A DNA stretch of 50,609 nt from a virus (taxonomy: Duplodnaviria; Caudoviricetes): positions 1 through 50,609 of the IMG/VR virus record IMGVR_UViG_3300026551_000001. One strand, given 5' to 3'. The notes under the pieces were generated by a model, which had not been told where the DNA came from, searched no databases, and saw only the letters and a list, made by a program, of their open reading frames with translations. Position numbers and translations under genes: made by a program. Shown here piece by piece: positions 26,521 to 35,328 of the stretch; position 1 is the stretch's first letter, and every line of letters begins with the position of its first letter.

Positions 26521-27915
26521 AATACCGAACTTCTTAGTTCCTCCTGCAGCAGGAACAGAAGTAGTAGCTTTATCAGCAGGTTTATTGAGTAGTTCTTCAG
26601 CAGCTTTAAGATCATTAACAGCCTTAGCATGAGCTGCCAATAATCTGATGTGATGGTTGACTAAGTTTTGCCAACCGACAGCAGCAATCTTGGGGTATGT
26701 GTCAGCAAGATCACACTTCTTTTCGAATGACATCTTGAGGCCATTGGCTAATTCTTCAGGAATACCCATTTGTTGAGATAGCGTAGGCCAGTTCTTCTCG
26801 AAGTCAGCTATTTGCTGAACATCCATGATCTCTAGATTGTTGACATCGATGGTTTTCATGAAGCTATCCAAGAAGTCTTGACGTTGTTCTGCATCTATGG
26901 TCGGAATGATTGTCGGAGGATCTTTTCCTTCCGTGACTGGATCAGGTTTTGCAGAGATAGGAGATGAAGGTCCGACAGGCTTCTTGTCCTGAAGTATCCT
27001 CGCAGCTTCATCAAAGGACTTAGCTGTAATCTTCTCTACAATCTTCTTAGCTCTGATCTTAGGTCTATCTTTGAAGTTAGCAGGTACAGCGGCTATTCTA
27101 CCTTCCCTCATTAGCTTCTCATACCAGTTTCTTAAACTGTTCTTACCTTGGATGTTGACCGGAGGTTCGACTAATTCGAACTCTTCATTCTCCAACTTCT
27201 CTTCTGCTTTAGATGGAATAATTGATGTATTGGTACTCAACATAGCTGCTAATTTGTTCTTAGCATTAGTTGTAGTCAGATGACTTCTGTCATCCGAACC
27301 TTCTTTGTATCCGAAGGTATTAGAACAATAACCCCATTGGAAATCATCACCTAAATTATTGTCTTTAGAAAACGTACAAGAGTTGCCTGTAGAAAGAAAT
27401 AAACTAATGGCCCCACGATGTCCAATAAGACCCGAAACAATCTCATCATGTGTGGAAGGATCTTTAACATTCTCCCACATCTTAGTCATGTTTCCTTCGA
27501 AGAGTTTATAGTCTTTCTTGAATCTTATCTTAAGTTTCTGTGCTGCTAGATATTCAGGAGTATGTGAATTATTGGTGTCGACATAAGGGAAGTCTCCCTC
27601 CAATACTCCGACAATAAGAGGATCTCCTGCATCACTAGATAGAAGAACAATAGGTTGTTTATCTTCCTCTGGAATGACATTGGTAATGTTAGATAGATAG
27701 AAGATAGCCTTCTGATCTTTCAAGGACTCTTGAAGAGTCATCCATTTATCGACGGTAAGATGATCAGCACTGACTAATTGGAGTTCAGTACCGTTGTGGA
27801 TGATTGCTCCTGAACCTCCTTTGTTCTTCTCTACTTGTATCTTCATTACAGCTTCTGGTATGATCCAGGTAGCTTCTTTGACTAGGAGTGAACCTCTGTT
27901 TAGATCGGTAGCCAT
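26515..27915 (-). CDS. Hypothetical protein; N-terminal half resembles a degenerate class II (Ntn) glutamine amidotransferase
   Basis: LLVK…IP……N..G.G…IFYL…QP…L.G layout parallels phage GATases but there is no N-terminal Cys. Adjacent to the GGCT-like gene. GGAG RBS before ATG at 27915. Confidence 0.5.
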   Translation of the reverse strand: MATDLNRGSLLVKEATWIIPEAVMKIQVEKNKGGSGAIIHNGTELQLVSADHLTVDKWMTLQESLKDQKAIFYLSNITNVIPEEDKQPIVLLSSDAGDPLIVGVLEGDFPYVDTNNSHTPEYLAAQKLKIRFKKDYKLFEGNMTKMWENVKDPSTHDEIVSGLIGHRGAISLFLSTGNSCTFSKDNNLGDDFQWGYCSNTFGYKEGSDDRSHLTTTNAKNKLAAMLSTNTSIIPSKAEEKLENEEFELVEPPVNIQGKNSLRNWYEKLMREGRIAAVPANFKDRPKIRAKKIVEKITAKSFDEAARILQDKKPVGPSSPISAKPDPVTEGKDPPTIIPTIDAEQRQDFLDSFMKTIDVNNLEIMDVQQIADFEKNWPTLSQQMGIPEELANGLKMSFEKKCDLADTYPKIAAVGWQNLVNHHIRLLAAHAKAVNDLKAAEELLNKPADKATTSVPAAGGTKKFGIR

Positions 27916-27946
27916 GGTATTCTCCGTGTTGAATGATAACCTATCA

Positions 27947-28336
27947 CTATTGGTTGAATAGTTCCTGTAGAGATTTCTTTGGTAGTCCAGAGATTTTCTC
28001 AACAGGAGGTGTTTCATCCCAGGGTGGCGTACTAGCGAGACCAGGCTTAAGGTCATCGATAGCCCACACCTTAGCATACTTTTCATATAGATAGTATCGT
28101 TCGTCGTTGGTTATCTTCCCTTCTAGGTAGGTTTTGTCTACCTGTTCAAGAAACATATCGGCGACCATAGTCTCTAATTCTTTATCCCTTTCTTGTGTCA
28201 TATGGTATTTCCTTTTAAGTCTTTTCCTGTAGAAGTAAGGAATGAATTGATAATAAGAAACAATATTTCTAACCATATAATACAATAGTATAGTTAACAT
28301 GCCAAAAGCTACTATTAGTCCGTATTCTTCTGACAT
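27947..28336 (-). CDS. Hypothetical protein with an N-terminal TM segment
   Basis: AGGAG RBS; hydrophobic N-terminus. Confidence 0.7.
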   Translation of the reverse strand: MSEEYGLIVAFGMLTILLYYMVRNIVSYYQFIPYFYRKRLKRKYHMTQERDKELETMVADMFLEQVDKTYLEGKITNDERYYLYEKYAKVWAIDDLKPGLASTPPWDETPPVEKISGLPKKSLQELFNQ

Positions 28337-28376
28337 GTTAGTTCTCCTATTGGTGCTCCGTAGTGAAACGTAGGAG

Positions 28377-28462
28377 TGGTGCTCACAGCCAGACTCGAAC
28401 TGGCACGGATATTCTCCATCAGATTTTAAGTCTGATGCGTCTACCTATTTCGCCATGTGAGC
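28377..28462 (-). tRNA. tRNA-Leu, anticodon TAA, CCA encoded
   Basis: GCTCACA acceptor stem / TGTGAGC-ACCA; ATCAGA-CTTAAAA-TCTGAT anticodon arm; long variable arm; GCCAG-TTCGAGT-CTGGC T arm. Confidence 0.95.
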
Positions 28463-28576
28463 TAGATGAGAACTCCGGTGAGAGCTCAGTAACGAATACC
28501 TACTCCTCATCACCGGAGTCTGCTCCATAGTGTGGGGACTACGGAGACTAACGTAGTGGCATGGTATCTGAGGGTA

Positions 28577-28753
28577 TCATGCACTACGTTTCAGAACTGA
28601 ATTAAATAATTCTTTTAACGTTGGATGTAGATCACTTAAATTTACTTCTTCTCTTATTCTTTGACGACATTCTTCACATAACCATTTGAAGGTATATGCG
28701 CAGTTGTCGTGTTTGACGGTTCTCCGTCCACATCTACAAATGCCAATAGCCAT
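28577..28753 (-). CDS. Small Cys-rich (Zn-finger-like) protein
   Basis: MAIGICRCG…LCEEC…; GGAG RBS; below the ORF-track cut-off. Confidence 0.6.
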   Translation of the reverse strand: MAIGICRCGRRTVKHDNCAYTFKWLCEECRQRIREEVNLSDLHPTLKELFNSVLKRSA

Positions 28754-28758
28754 TAGGT

Positions 28759-29147
28759 TTACTCCGTTTTATCCCCTTCCAGCCAGTGTATGGTGTTAGT
28801 ATTGTATCTCAACATAGCCATATCTCTAGAAGGATAGACTATGGATATTTCTTTAGTAACTCCTAGACTAGATTGATAGTACTTCTCAAAGAAGAATCTA
28901 TTACCTGAAAACTTCATAACTAATTGATTATATCTTCCACCTACTAAATTGACTATATACCATTCATCAATACCTTGAGCAAAGTCAGACTTCCATGTCG
29001 TCTCATTCTCCCTAATGTTGAGAGATGTCGGATCGAATGGAACATCGTTAGCTAATTTCCTCCATATAGGATTAAACCTAGTAGAATGCTTCTTAAGATA
29101 AGCTCTTCTACTTGCCTGTTTCTTCGGTCTTCTTCGCTTGCTCATAC
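28759..29147 (-). CDS. Hypothetical early protein
   Basis: ORF with a basic N-terminus; start position uncertain. Confidence 0.55.
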
Positions 29148-29284
29148 AGTTCAAACCTTTCTGGATGAACGTATCTTACCTCCTTACCGTTAGGATCTAT
29201 ACAGAGTTGTCTTTGAGTCTGTCCACAATTAGGACAACTGACTGCCAACATATCCTCCCACTTCAACTTGCTAGCCTGTCCCAT
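29108..29284 (-). CDS. Small Zn-finger protein
   Basis: AVSCPNC…LC…VHPER pattern; GGAG RBS; first gene after the 29317-29344 promoter. Confidence 0.6.
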   Translation of the reverse strand: MGQASKLKWEDMLAVSCPNCGQTQRQLCIDPNGKEVRYVHPERFELYEQAKKTEETGK

Positions 29285-29316
29285 TGTTTCTCTCCGTCTG
29301 AATTCCCAGTGTCATA

Positions 29317-29344
29317 ATTATAACACAGTAGATAGTTAAGTCAA
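29317..29344 (-). promoter_or_regulatory. Sigma70-type promoter
   Basis: TTGACT-taactatctactgtgt-TATAAT (16 nt spacer, TGn extended -10). Confidence 0.75.
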
Positions 29345-29523
29345 GAGTCAGAGGCTCTTATACCACGATTCCTTGCAATATCTGCAGGATTGCCTCCTTC
29401 TTCGTTTATTATCTCCATGATTTCTATTACTTGATCTGCAGTGATTTCATTACCTTTAAACATAATTAACAGTTCATAGATTTGTTCTCTAGTTAGAGAG
29501 GTGCATATATATTTACTTTTCAT
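29341..29523 (-). CDS. Hypothetical early protein
   Basis: GGAG RBS; ATGA-type coupling with the upstream ORF. Confidence 0.6.
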   Translation of the reverse strand: MKSKYICTSLTREQIYELLIMFKGNEITADQVIEIMEIINEEGGNPADIARNRGIRASDS

Positions 29524-29750
29524 ACATAGTCTCCATCGACTAACCATCCACCTTCAGGCCAGAACTTCCTAGTTCTTTCCATTATATCCGCAGATATCCG
29601 ACGATATCTCTCTGGTTCTATCTCATCCGGAGGAAACATATTCTCTATGACACACATCTGTTCTCCTTCATCCCAGAAGACTCTGGTAATGGTATAGTTA
29701 CCTTTACCAGATATGTTTACGTAATGTCCTTTCTGTGGTCTAGTCCTCAT
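29520..29750 (-). CDS. Hypothetical early protein
   Basis: Coupled ORF in the early operon. Confidence 0.65.
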   Translation of the reverse strand: MRTRPQKGHYVNISGKGNYTITRVFWDEGEQMCVIENMFPPDEIEPERYRRISADIMERTRKFWPEGGWLVDGDYV

Positions 29751-30217
29751 TCTCGTAATCTTTCCACCATGGTCGATTGTTCTTTCTTTTCGGACTTAAT
29801 AAGATCATCAATCCTAGACACAACATTGGTAATAGCGTCGCCGCTGCTATTAACGTTACTATCCATCCCATAGTTCTTACTCCATTTGTGTATTAATTTA
29901 ACTAAAGATTCCTCATCAATTGGTTTACTTGTTACTTCGGTAGTAGACCAACTATAGATTTGCCTACCTAATTCAATCATCTCACCATAGGTGAGTGATT
30001 GACATATATAGGCAATGGATGCTAAAGAATCATCCTTTGGATCTATACCTAAAGTATCTCTAGACTGTTTAGCATATAGTTTAGCCTTCTCAGCAGCCTC
30101 CTCACGCTCGTATTCGTGACAGGTATCGCATTGTATTCTATTAGCTACGAATTCACTGAGAGAACAATGAATACCTTTGTGGGCTTGCATACAGTAGTAT
30201 AGCTTAGTGCTGCTCAT
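29747..30217 (-). CDS. Hypothetical early protein with an N-terminal Cys/His cluster
   Basis: YC…H…C…CDTC; GAGGAG RBS. Confidence 0.7.
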   Translation of the reverse strand: MSSTKLYYCMQAHKGIHCSLSEFVANRIQCDTCHEYEREEAAEKAKLYAKQSRDTLGIDPKDDSLASIAYICQSLTYGEMIELGRQIYSWSTTEVTSKPIDEESLVKLIHKWSKNYGMDSNVNSSGDAITNVVSRIDDLIKSEKKEQSTMVERLRE

Positions 30218-30636
30218 GGTTCTATACTCCTCTGTTGTATTTCAAGCATCTTACGAATCAAGTAAGACTTCAACATAGGATCGTATTGTAGTTTATGCAT
30301 TAACAAGAAATCATTAATGGACCTCATGACATCAGGTCTTAATTGAGGTCCTTTAAGTAATTGATATGCAGCATCGGAGGACTGCTTATAGGATGGCTCT
30401 AGGACTGCGTAGGAAGGCCGTGGGTGCGTTATTTTCTTAGTCAGGTAGGTAGGGTGCCAACAGAGTTTACTCTCACCAGCGACCTTCTTATGCTGGTATT
30501 TATCTGTTACATGTCGAGGTTCAGACCAACAAATGGACGCATGTGCACATGAATATGCTACTGTCAAGATCATAGCAGTAGCTAACGTTAAGACTATCCA
30601 GTAAGATACCTCAGATAGATTATCTTTCCAAGACAT
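30214..30636 (-). CDS. Hypothetical membrane-anchored protein
   Basis: GGAG RBS; N-terminal hydrophobic segment; contains repeat copy B. Confidence 0.65.
   Translation of the reverse strand: MSWKDNLSEVSYWIVLTLATAMILTVAYSCAHASICWSEPRHVTDKYQHKKVAGESKLCWHPTYLTKKITHPRPSYAVLEPSYKQSSDAAYQLLKGPQLRPDVMRSINDFLLMHKLQYDPMLKSYLIRKMLEIQQRSIEP
30399..30492 (+). repeat. Dispersed three-box DNA element, copy B
   Basis: CGTAGGAAG (30408) … TCAGGTAGGTAGGGT (30441) … GACCTTCTTATG (30481). Confidence 0.7.
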
Positions 30637-30780
30637 GATCATCTCCGTATGTAAACACGTGGAGAGTACGCACAAGCTGATGCACTGACCAGAGCAAAGC
30701 TTGATCTCTCCTTTTGGCGGCGTGTACAGCCAATAACCTACTAACTGGTGAGGGGTCTAATTCACTAGCCATAGGTTATT

Positions 30781-31164
30781 CTAGTTGTATAGTTCTACTT
30801 CGAACCATTCAGGTTTAATCCATTCTACTGGAGGACCTTTGATACCGTGATATTGTTTATATAGTTCTTCTCTACTACTGAATGCTGACCTGCCTCCTGG
30901 AAATTTACTACCTTGAGGTACAATCACACATTCGTAAATACATTCAGGATATGGATCCGTTAAATCAATATTAACCACAGTATGGTAACCTTTAATCAAA
31001 CAGCCTAAAGGAAATAGACGTTTACATTGTTGCTTAGCAGAACGTATAGTCTTAGCATTAAGAGTCTTACCTCCGTGACTTATGAAATTCTCCCTTGCTT
31101 TGATAAGATGATACTCTTGCATATCCTTAGCTCTTGCACGTCTCTCTTTAAGTCTTTCGTTCAC
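30781..31164 (-). CDS. Hypothetical early protein
   Basis: GGAGGAGG RBS; GTG start. Confidence 0.75.
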   Translation of the reverse strand: MNERLKERRARAKDMQEYHLIKARENFISHGGKTLNAKTIRSAKQQCKRLFPLGCLIKGYHTVVNIDLTDPYPECIYECVIVPQGSKFPGGRSAFSSREELYKQYHGIKGPPVEWIKPEWFEVELYN

Positions 31165-31338
31165 GCTTACCTCCTCCCAATAGACCTACCTTTTGATACC
31201 AAGAACGATCAGCCCCGTTCTTGAGTTCCTTCTTTACTTCAGTCAATGTTTTTCCTATTGACCTACGTACGTCACCAGGATTACCAGGTTTATAGACCTT
31301 AGGTTTCTTCATTTAACATTCTCCGTGAGTTAAAAGAA

Positions 31339-31383
31339 TAGCCAGTATTGCTAACGTATTCACATACGTTCATACACTGGCTA
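31339..31383 (-). terminator. Terminator-like hairpin
   Basis: TAGCCAGT…ACTGGCTA with an inner AACGTAT/ATACGTT stem, followed by TTCTTTT on the - strand. Confidence 0.5.
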
Positions 31384-31439
31384 AGTTGCATCCTTACTCA
31401 ATCAAGAGGCAGTTAACGTAAGGATGTTCGTGAAACTAT

Positions 31440-31778
31440 TTAGGAGATTGGTCTTATTAGACCTATACTATCTCTTCGATATTTATACTCACCATAGCCC
31501 ATAGGCATAGGTTTTTGAGTTATATAACGTTGGGTTACTTCGATATATTGATCAACGTAATAGTCTGTATCGTAATCTCCATTCAAGAACTTAGGCCATG
31601 GCTTGATGTTGTTAGCCTCTAAGAACGTACTCTGATACTCTGGTTTAATACAACCAGGTATTACCCCACGTCCACGTGTAACGACACGTGATGTAGGATG
31701 TAAGATAACAAAGTTAAGTCTTCTAGGTCTACGCCCTACCTCAGATATGTATGCTAACATTGGTCCAGTCTCCCACAT
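31440..31778 (-). CDS. Hypothetical early protein
   Basis: ORF in the first early operon; start position uncertain. Confidence 0.55.
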   Translation of the reverse strand: MWETGPMLAYISEVGRRPRRLNFVILHPTSRVVTRGRGVIPGCIKPEYQSTFLEANNIKPWPKFLNGDYDTDYYVDQYIEVTQRYITQKPMPMGYGEYKYRRDSIGLIRPIS

Positions 31779-32162
31779 TTAAATCGGATTAACAGAATAC
31801 TATGCCATTATCTCCGGCATAGTTATATTCGTTGTATGACCAGTATATGTCTATCTCTGGACAAGCTGTTGCACACCACGCAGAACAATAGATTAGGTAG
31901 TTTAGTTCAGACATAACCTCTGGATTAGGAGCCATCTCATCCATCTTCCTCTCCATGTTCTGGTCAACAATCACAGGAACATTTCTTTCCCTGTGCACGA
32001 TTACGGAAGCATATCCAAGCATGCCATTCATTATCTGGCATGGCTTGGATGTCTTTCCGTGCCTCTGCTTTGGTCTGCTCATTAATGCAGTCACCATACA
32101 AAGCTTCGTACAAATCATTGAAGCTGAGCATCTTTATCTCCAATTGCTTTCCCAGTATGATT

Positions 32163-32190
32163 ATTATAACATAACTAATAGTTGAGTCAA
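32163..32190 (-). promoter_or_regulatory. Sigma70-type promoter heading the early/replication arm
   Basis: TTGACT-caactattagttatgt-TATAAT. Confidence 0.8.
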
Positions 32191-32241
32191 GGTCTTGACT
32201 GGGCTATCTTAACTTTTATTGCATTATATGTAAAATAAAGC

Positions 32242-32269
32242 TTGACAAGCTCTATTTTATGTGTATAAT
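32242..32269 (+). promoter_or_regulatory. Consensus sigma70-type promoter, divergent from the one above
   Basis: TTGACA-16 nt-TATAAT. Confidence 0.75.
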
Positions 32270-32603
32270 AAGGAGACCTCCGCCAGAGATATCCTACATA
32301 TAGTATTACGTCTTATAGTTAACCGAAGGTTAGTTCTTACGTAATACATATAGTATAGTCTGACCATAGCGTACGAACTGATGCGACCTATCACGTTAGT
32401 GATTGCGCGTAGCGTCCTATTATAGGACTAGCGTAGTCCTATTTAATAGGATTCAACCGTAGATTGAATAAACAATAATATACAATTGTTCACGGTTTGT
32501 TTATAACCGCGTTATGAACGTATAGAGAACATGGAATGTATCGCTTATGTGTGACAATTCAGCACACTATGCTAAATCCTTGATAGATAAGGACTATTCA
32601 GAC

Positions 32604-32631
32604 TTGACACAGTAATTGGTTGGTCTATGAT
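32604..32631 (+). promoter_or_regulatory. Sigma70-type promoter for the 32845 ORF
   Basis: TTGACA-16 nt-TATGAT. Confidence 0.65.
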
Positions 32632-32844
32632 GGAGACAATAAGAAGAAACAAGTACATTGGAATGTGGACCGGGCTTTGCCCTCTCCAGTTGTTTCTCAT
32701 CGTTAATCGGATCGAAGGCATTGCCGCCATCTTGCCCGTAATAGGCAAAGAGGAAAGCAATGAAAGAATACAATGAGGCTATAAACAACATACCGACGGG
32801 CAAGATGAAGGCAATGTCGACGATCCAAATATGGAGTAGATACT

Positions 32845-34227
32845 ATGTCAGATCAAGACACATTCTATGCCGAGTTAGCGCAACAGTATCGAGATAAGTT
32901 TCAGTTACGTTATGGCCGTCCAGTTAATCTGACCGATACGGAAATAACGGATATCATCGACAACGATGATACTGAAAATGAAGATACTGATACTGTTGAT
33001 CGGTCTATCTTGGTACAGATGAAAGACGCTGAAGCACCGGAGGAAACTACGGGTATTAACAGCGTCCATGTTATCGAAAGCTTGGCTATTAATATGGCAC
33101 GTAAAGCTGCAAACAACGCAGTATTTATGCAACATGTTAAGGAAGCTTTAGAAGCGCCAGAAGTGATGAAGCGCGCATCTACAGTTATGTTGTGGGATAT
33201 GCGCAACATATTCTGTACTAAGCGTGAAGATGGTCAGTGGGATTGGAGTGAAATAGATAAATTGCCAATCCCTGGCAGTATGCGCAAACGTGATAGGTTA
33301 ATGTTAGATGACATGGACCTTGGACCATTAGGTAACCGATTACATGATAAGTATTTGGTTCCTACTACTGAGGTAGGTAAAGATGGCAAACCTAAGAATG
33401 AAACACGTTCATTCTATAAGACGTTTGCTAAACATTTACCGCATGGTGAGGAAATCCAAGACAAGCTAGATAGTTTGGTCTTGGCTAACAAACCTGAAAC
33501 CAGACAACAAGCAATGGTTGAACACCGCACTATGTCATCGACTAAACGAGATGCGGAAGGTTATCGGTTAAGAGAACGTAAAAGCCGATTACCTAAGCTT
33601 GCAGGACAAGCTATTGCGTGTCGTTTCCAATGGCGTGATATCGAGGAAGAGTTACCCAAGGTAGCAGTCGGGTTTAACTTCCTTGAATTCGATGATGTTG
33701 GTCAAGGTATTGAAGATTTTACAGAGGTAGCTAAACCTTATTGGATTAGTGCTAAAGCTAATACCAATAAGAATGATATTTTAAGCGCAACTGAGTTTCT
33801 ACGTTTGAATATCCAAGTCGCCAAAGATAATGGCGGCACATATGATGCACTCTCTGCAACACTAGCAAGAGCACCTAAGAAGCCATCGACTGGCATCAAA
33901 GAGATCGATAGTCCAGAAATGTTGACGACATATTGGGCTGTCGAGGCTGCTTTCATGGATCAAAGACACAGCGACTGGCGTAAAAGAGAGACGGCCATCA
34001 TCGCTGCATTGAGAGCAGACCCTCATGCAATACGATCCTTCGGCAATGTTCAGATGGCTACCGATGGAGTCTGGAAGGTTATTCAGCCTCTATATGATGC
34101 CCTCATCCAAGAGGATATCAGAGCAGAGGCGAATGAGAGAAAAGAAAAGGCTAAGAAACTAGCAGAGAGACACAATGAACAGGTTAAGCCTGTCCAAGAT
34201 AACAAACTAGCCGATCTAATGAAGTAG
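32845..34227 (+). CDS. Hypothetical 460 aa protein in a stand-alone transcription unit
   Basis: GGAG RBS, own promoter and terminator; no motif recognised. Confidence 0.85.
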   Translation: MSDQDTFYAELAQQYRDKFQLRYGRPVNLTDTEITDIIDNDDTENEDTDTVDRSILVQMKDAEAPEETTGINSVHVIESLAINMARKAANNAVFMQHVKEALEAPEVMKRASTVMLWDMRNIFCTKREDGQWDWSEIDKLPIPGSMRKRDRLMLDDMDLGPLGNRLHDKYLVPTTEVGKDGKPKNETRSFYKTFAKHLPHGEEIQDKLDSLVLANKPETRQQAMVEHRTMSSTKRDAEGYRLRERKSRLPKLAGQAIACRFQWRDIEEELPKVAVGFNFLEFDDVGQGIEDFTEVAKPYWISAKANTNKNDILSATEFLRLNIQVAKDNGGTYDALSATLARAPKKPSTGIKEIDSPEMLTTYWAVEAAFMDQRHSDWRKRETAIIAALRADPHAIRSFGNVQMATDGVWKVIQPLYDALIQEDIRAEANERKEKAKKLAERHNEQVKPVQDNKLADLMK

Positions 34228-34402
34228 GTGACACATGAGAGTGAATATCAATGGCTCTCATGTAGTGGTTTGTATGTCCGTCTATGATTTGCATATCATC
34301 TGTGATGCTTTGCAAAAGGGATGCGCATACAAATCGGACAAGGAACCACGTATTGAGTTGAGAGATAAAATACTCAGTGCGATACAAGATACCAAATAAA
34401 CT

Positions 34403-34440
34403 AATAGCCCTAGGCTTAACAGCTTAGGGCTATTTTTATG
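34403..34440 (+). terminator. Rho-independent terminator
   Basis: AATAGCCCTAGGC-ttaaca-GCTTAGGGCTATT followed by TTTATG. Confidence 0.85.
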
Positions 34441-34653
34441 TTTATCGTAGTATACATTAGGATATTACGCGTATTACTTTAGTTACAATACTCTTAATCT
34501 ATGACATTAAGATACTAATGTATTCATTGTACTAAAAGTATTTCTATAATACTCAACTAATAGTTATAGATACTAGTATAGTATTATATAGATACTTACG
34601 TTATATTACTTAGAGTATTACGCTAGAAAAGAGCCTTAAGAGGTATCCTACCA

Positions 34654-34727
34654 TAATCCTATTATAATCCTCTCGTAATCCTATAAATAATCCTATTAGA
34701 ACCCTCCATAGGGGGTCGTAGGGGGTC
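34654..34727 (+). repeat. Phased short direct repeats (4x TAATCCT, 2x TAGGGGGTC)
   Basis: TAATCCT at 34654, 34665, 34676, 34688; TAGGGGGTC at 34709 and 34719. Confidence 0.75.
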
Positions 34728-34776
34728 AAGGCAGCAACGAATTACACCTAAAATATATCTGACAATATTTTTTACA

Positions 34777-34866
34777 TATAGGAAGCCCGTACAGAAGACT
34801 TTTTATAGGGTGGTACTAAGGTAGCGGGCATGTCATTTAAATGCATCAGTGAGCCTCCTAGGTACC
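34777..34866 (-). repeat. Dispersed three-box DNA element, copy D (more divergent)
   Basis: - strand reads CTAGGAGGCTCACTGATG … CTACCTTAGTACC … CTATAAAAA … GGGCTTCCTA. Confidence 0.55.
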
Positions 34867-35042
34867 CTCTCGCCTCTGATATCTTGCATTGCTACATTTC
34901 TCTCATAGAACTTGTATCTTCTAAGAATATCGTTAGCTCTAGTCAGATTATACATGTATTGAGATAAAACTTTATCTTTCCATTGTAATCTAAACATATT
35001 ATTATATCTAGAATCTTTAACTACTTTAATAGGTTTAGGCAT
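34833..35042 (-). CDS. Small basic hypothetical protein
   Basis: 69 aa ORF divergent from the late promoter. Confidence 0.55.
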   Translation of the reverse strand: MPKPIKVVKDSRYNNMFRLQWKDKVLSQYMYNLTRANDILRRYKFYERNVAMQDIRGERVPRRLTDAFK

Positions 35043-35070
35043 ATTTATATATCTTTCTATAAAATAATAC

Positions 35071-35099
35071 TTGACAAAGGATTCAAAGTATGATATAAG
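35071..35099 (+). promoter_or_regulatory. Sigma70-type promoter heading the structural arm
   Basis: TTGACA-17 nt-TATAAG with TGn extended -10. Confidence 0.75.
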
Positions 35100-35154
35100 A
35101 CAATTATCTTAAATAGACGTATTTAAGTTATAACATATATAAAGATTTAAATCA

Positions 35155-35328
35155 ATGAATATTGGAGATAGAGTTATAAAAGTTACAGGAGATTATGCAT
35201 TTAATGGTATTATTGTCTCTAAGTTTAATAAACTTAATGGTGCTGAAAGATATGTAGCAGAAAACAAAGAAGGTATCTTATTTATATTCTCCAGTAAACA
35301 ATTAAAAGGATTCAATAATGAATTATGA
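35155..35328 (+). CDS. 57 aa SH3-fold protein resembling R67/DfrB-like proteins
   Basis: MNIGDRVIKVTGDYAFNGIIVSKF…RYVAENKEGILFIFSSKQL; below the ORF-track cut-off. Confidence 0.55.
   Translation: MNIGDRVIKVTGDYAFNGIIVSKFNKLNGAERYVAENKEGILFIFSSKQLKGFNNEL

Noticed and set aside
28340-28376. tRNA-associated theta (HDV-like) ribozyme or attP site
   Set aside because: The trailer is too short and lacks the nested pseudoknot; the 8 bp duplication is too short for att evidence and no integrase is present.
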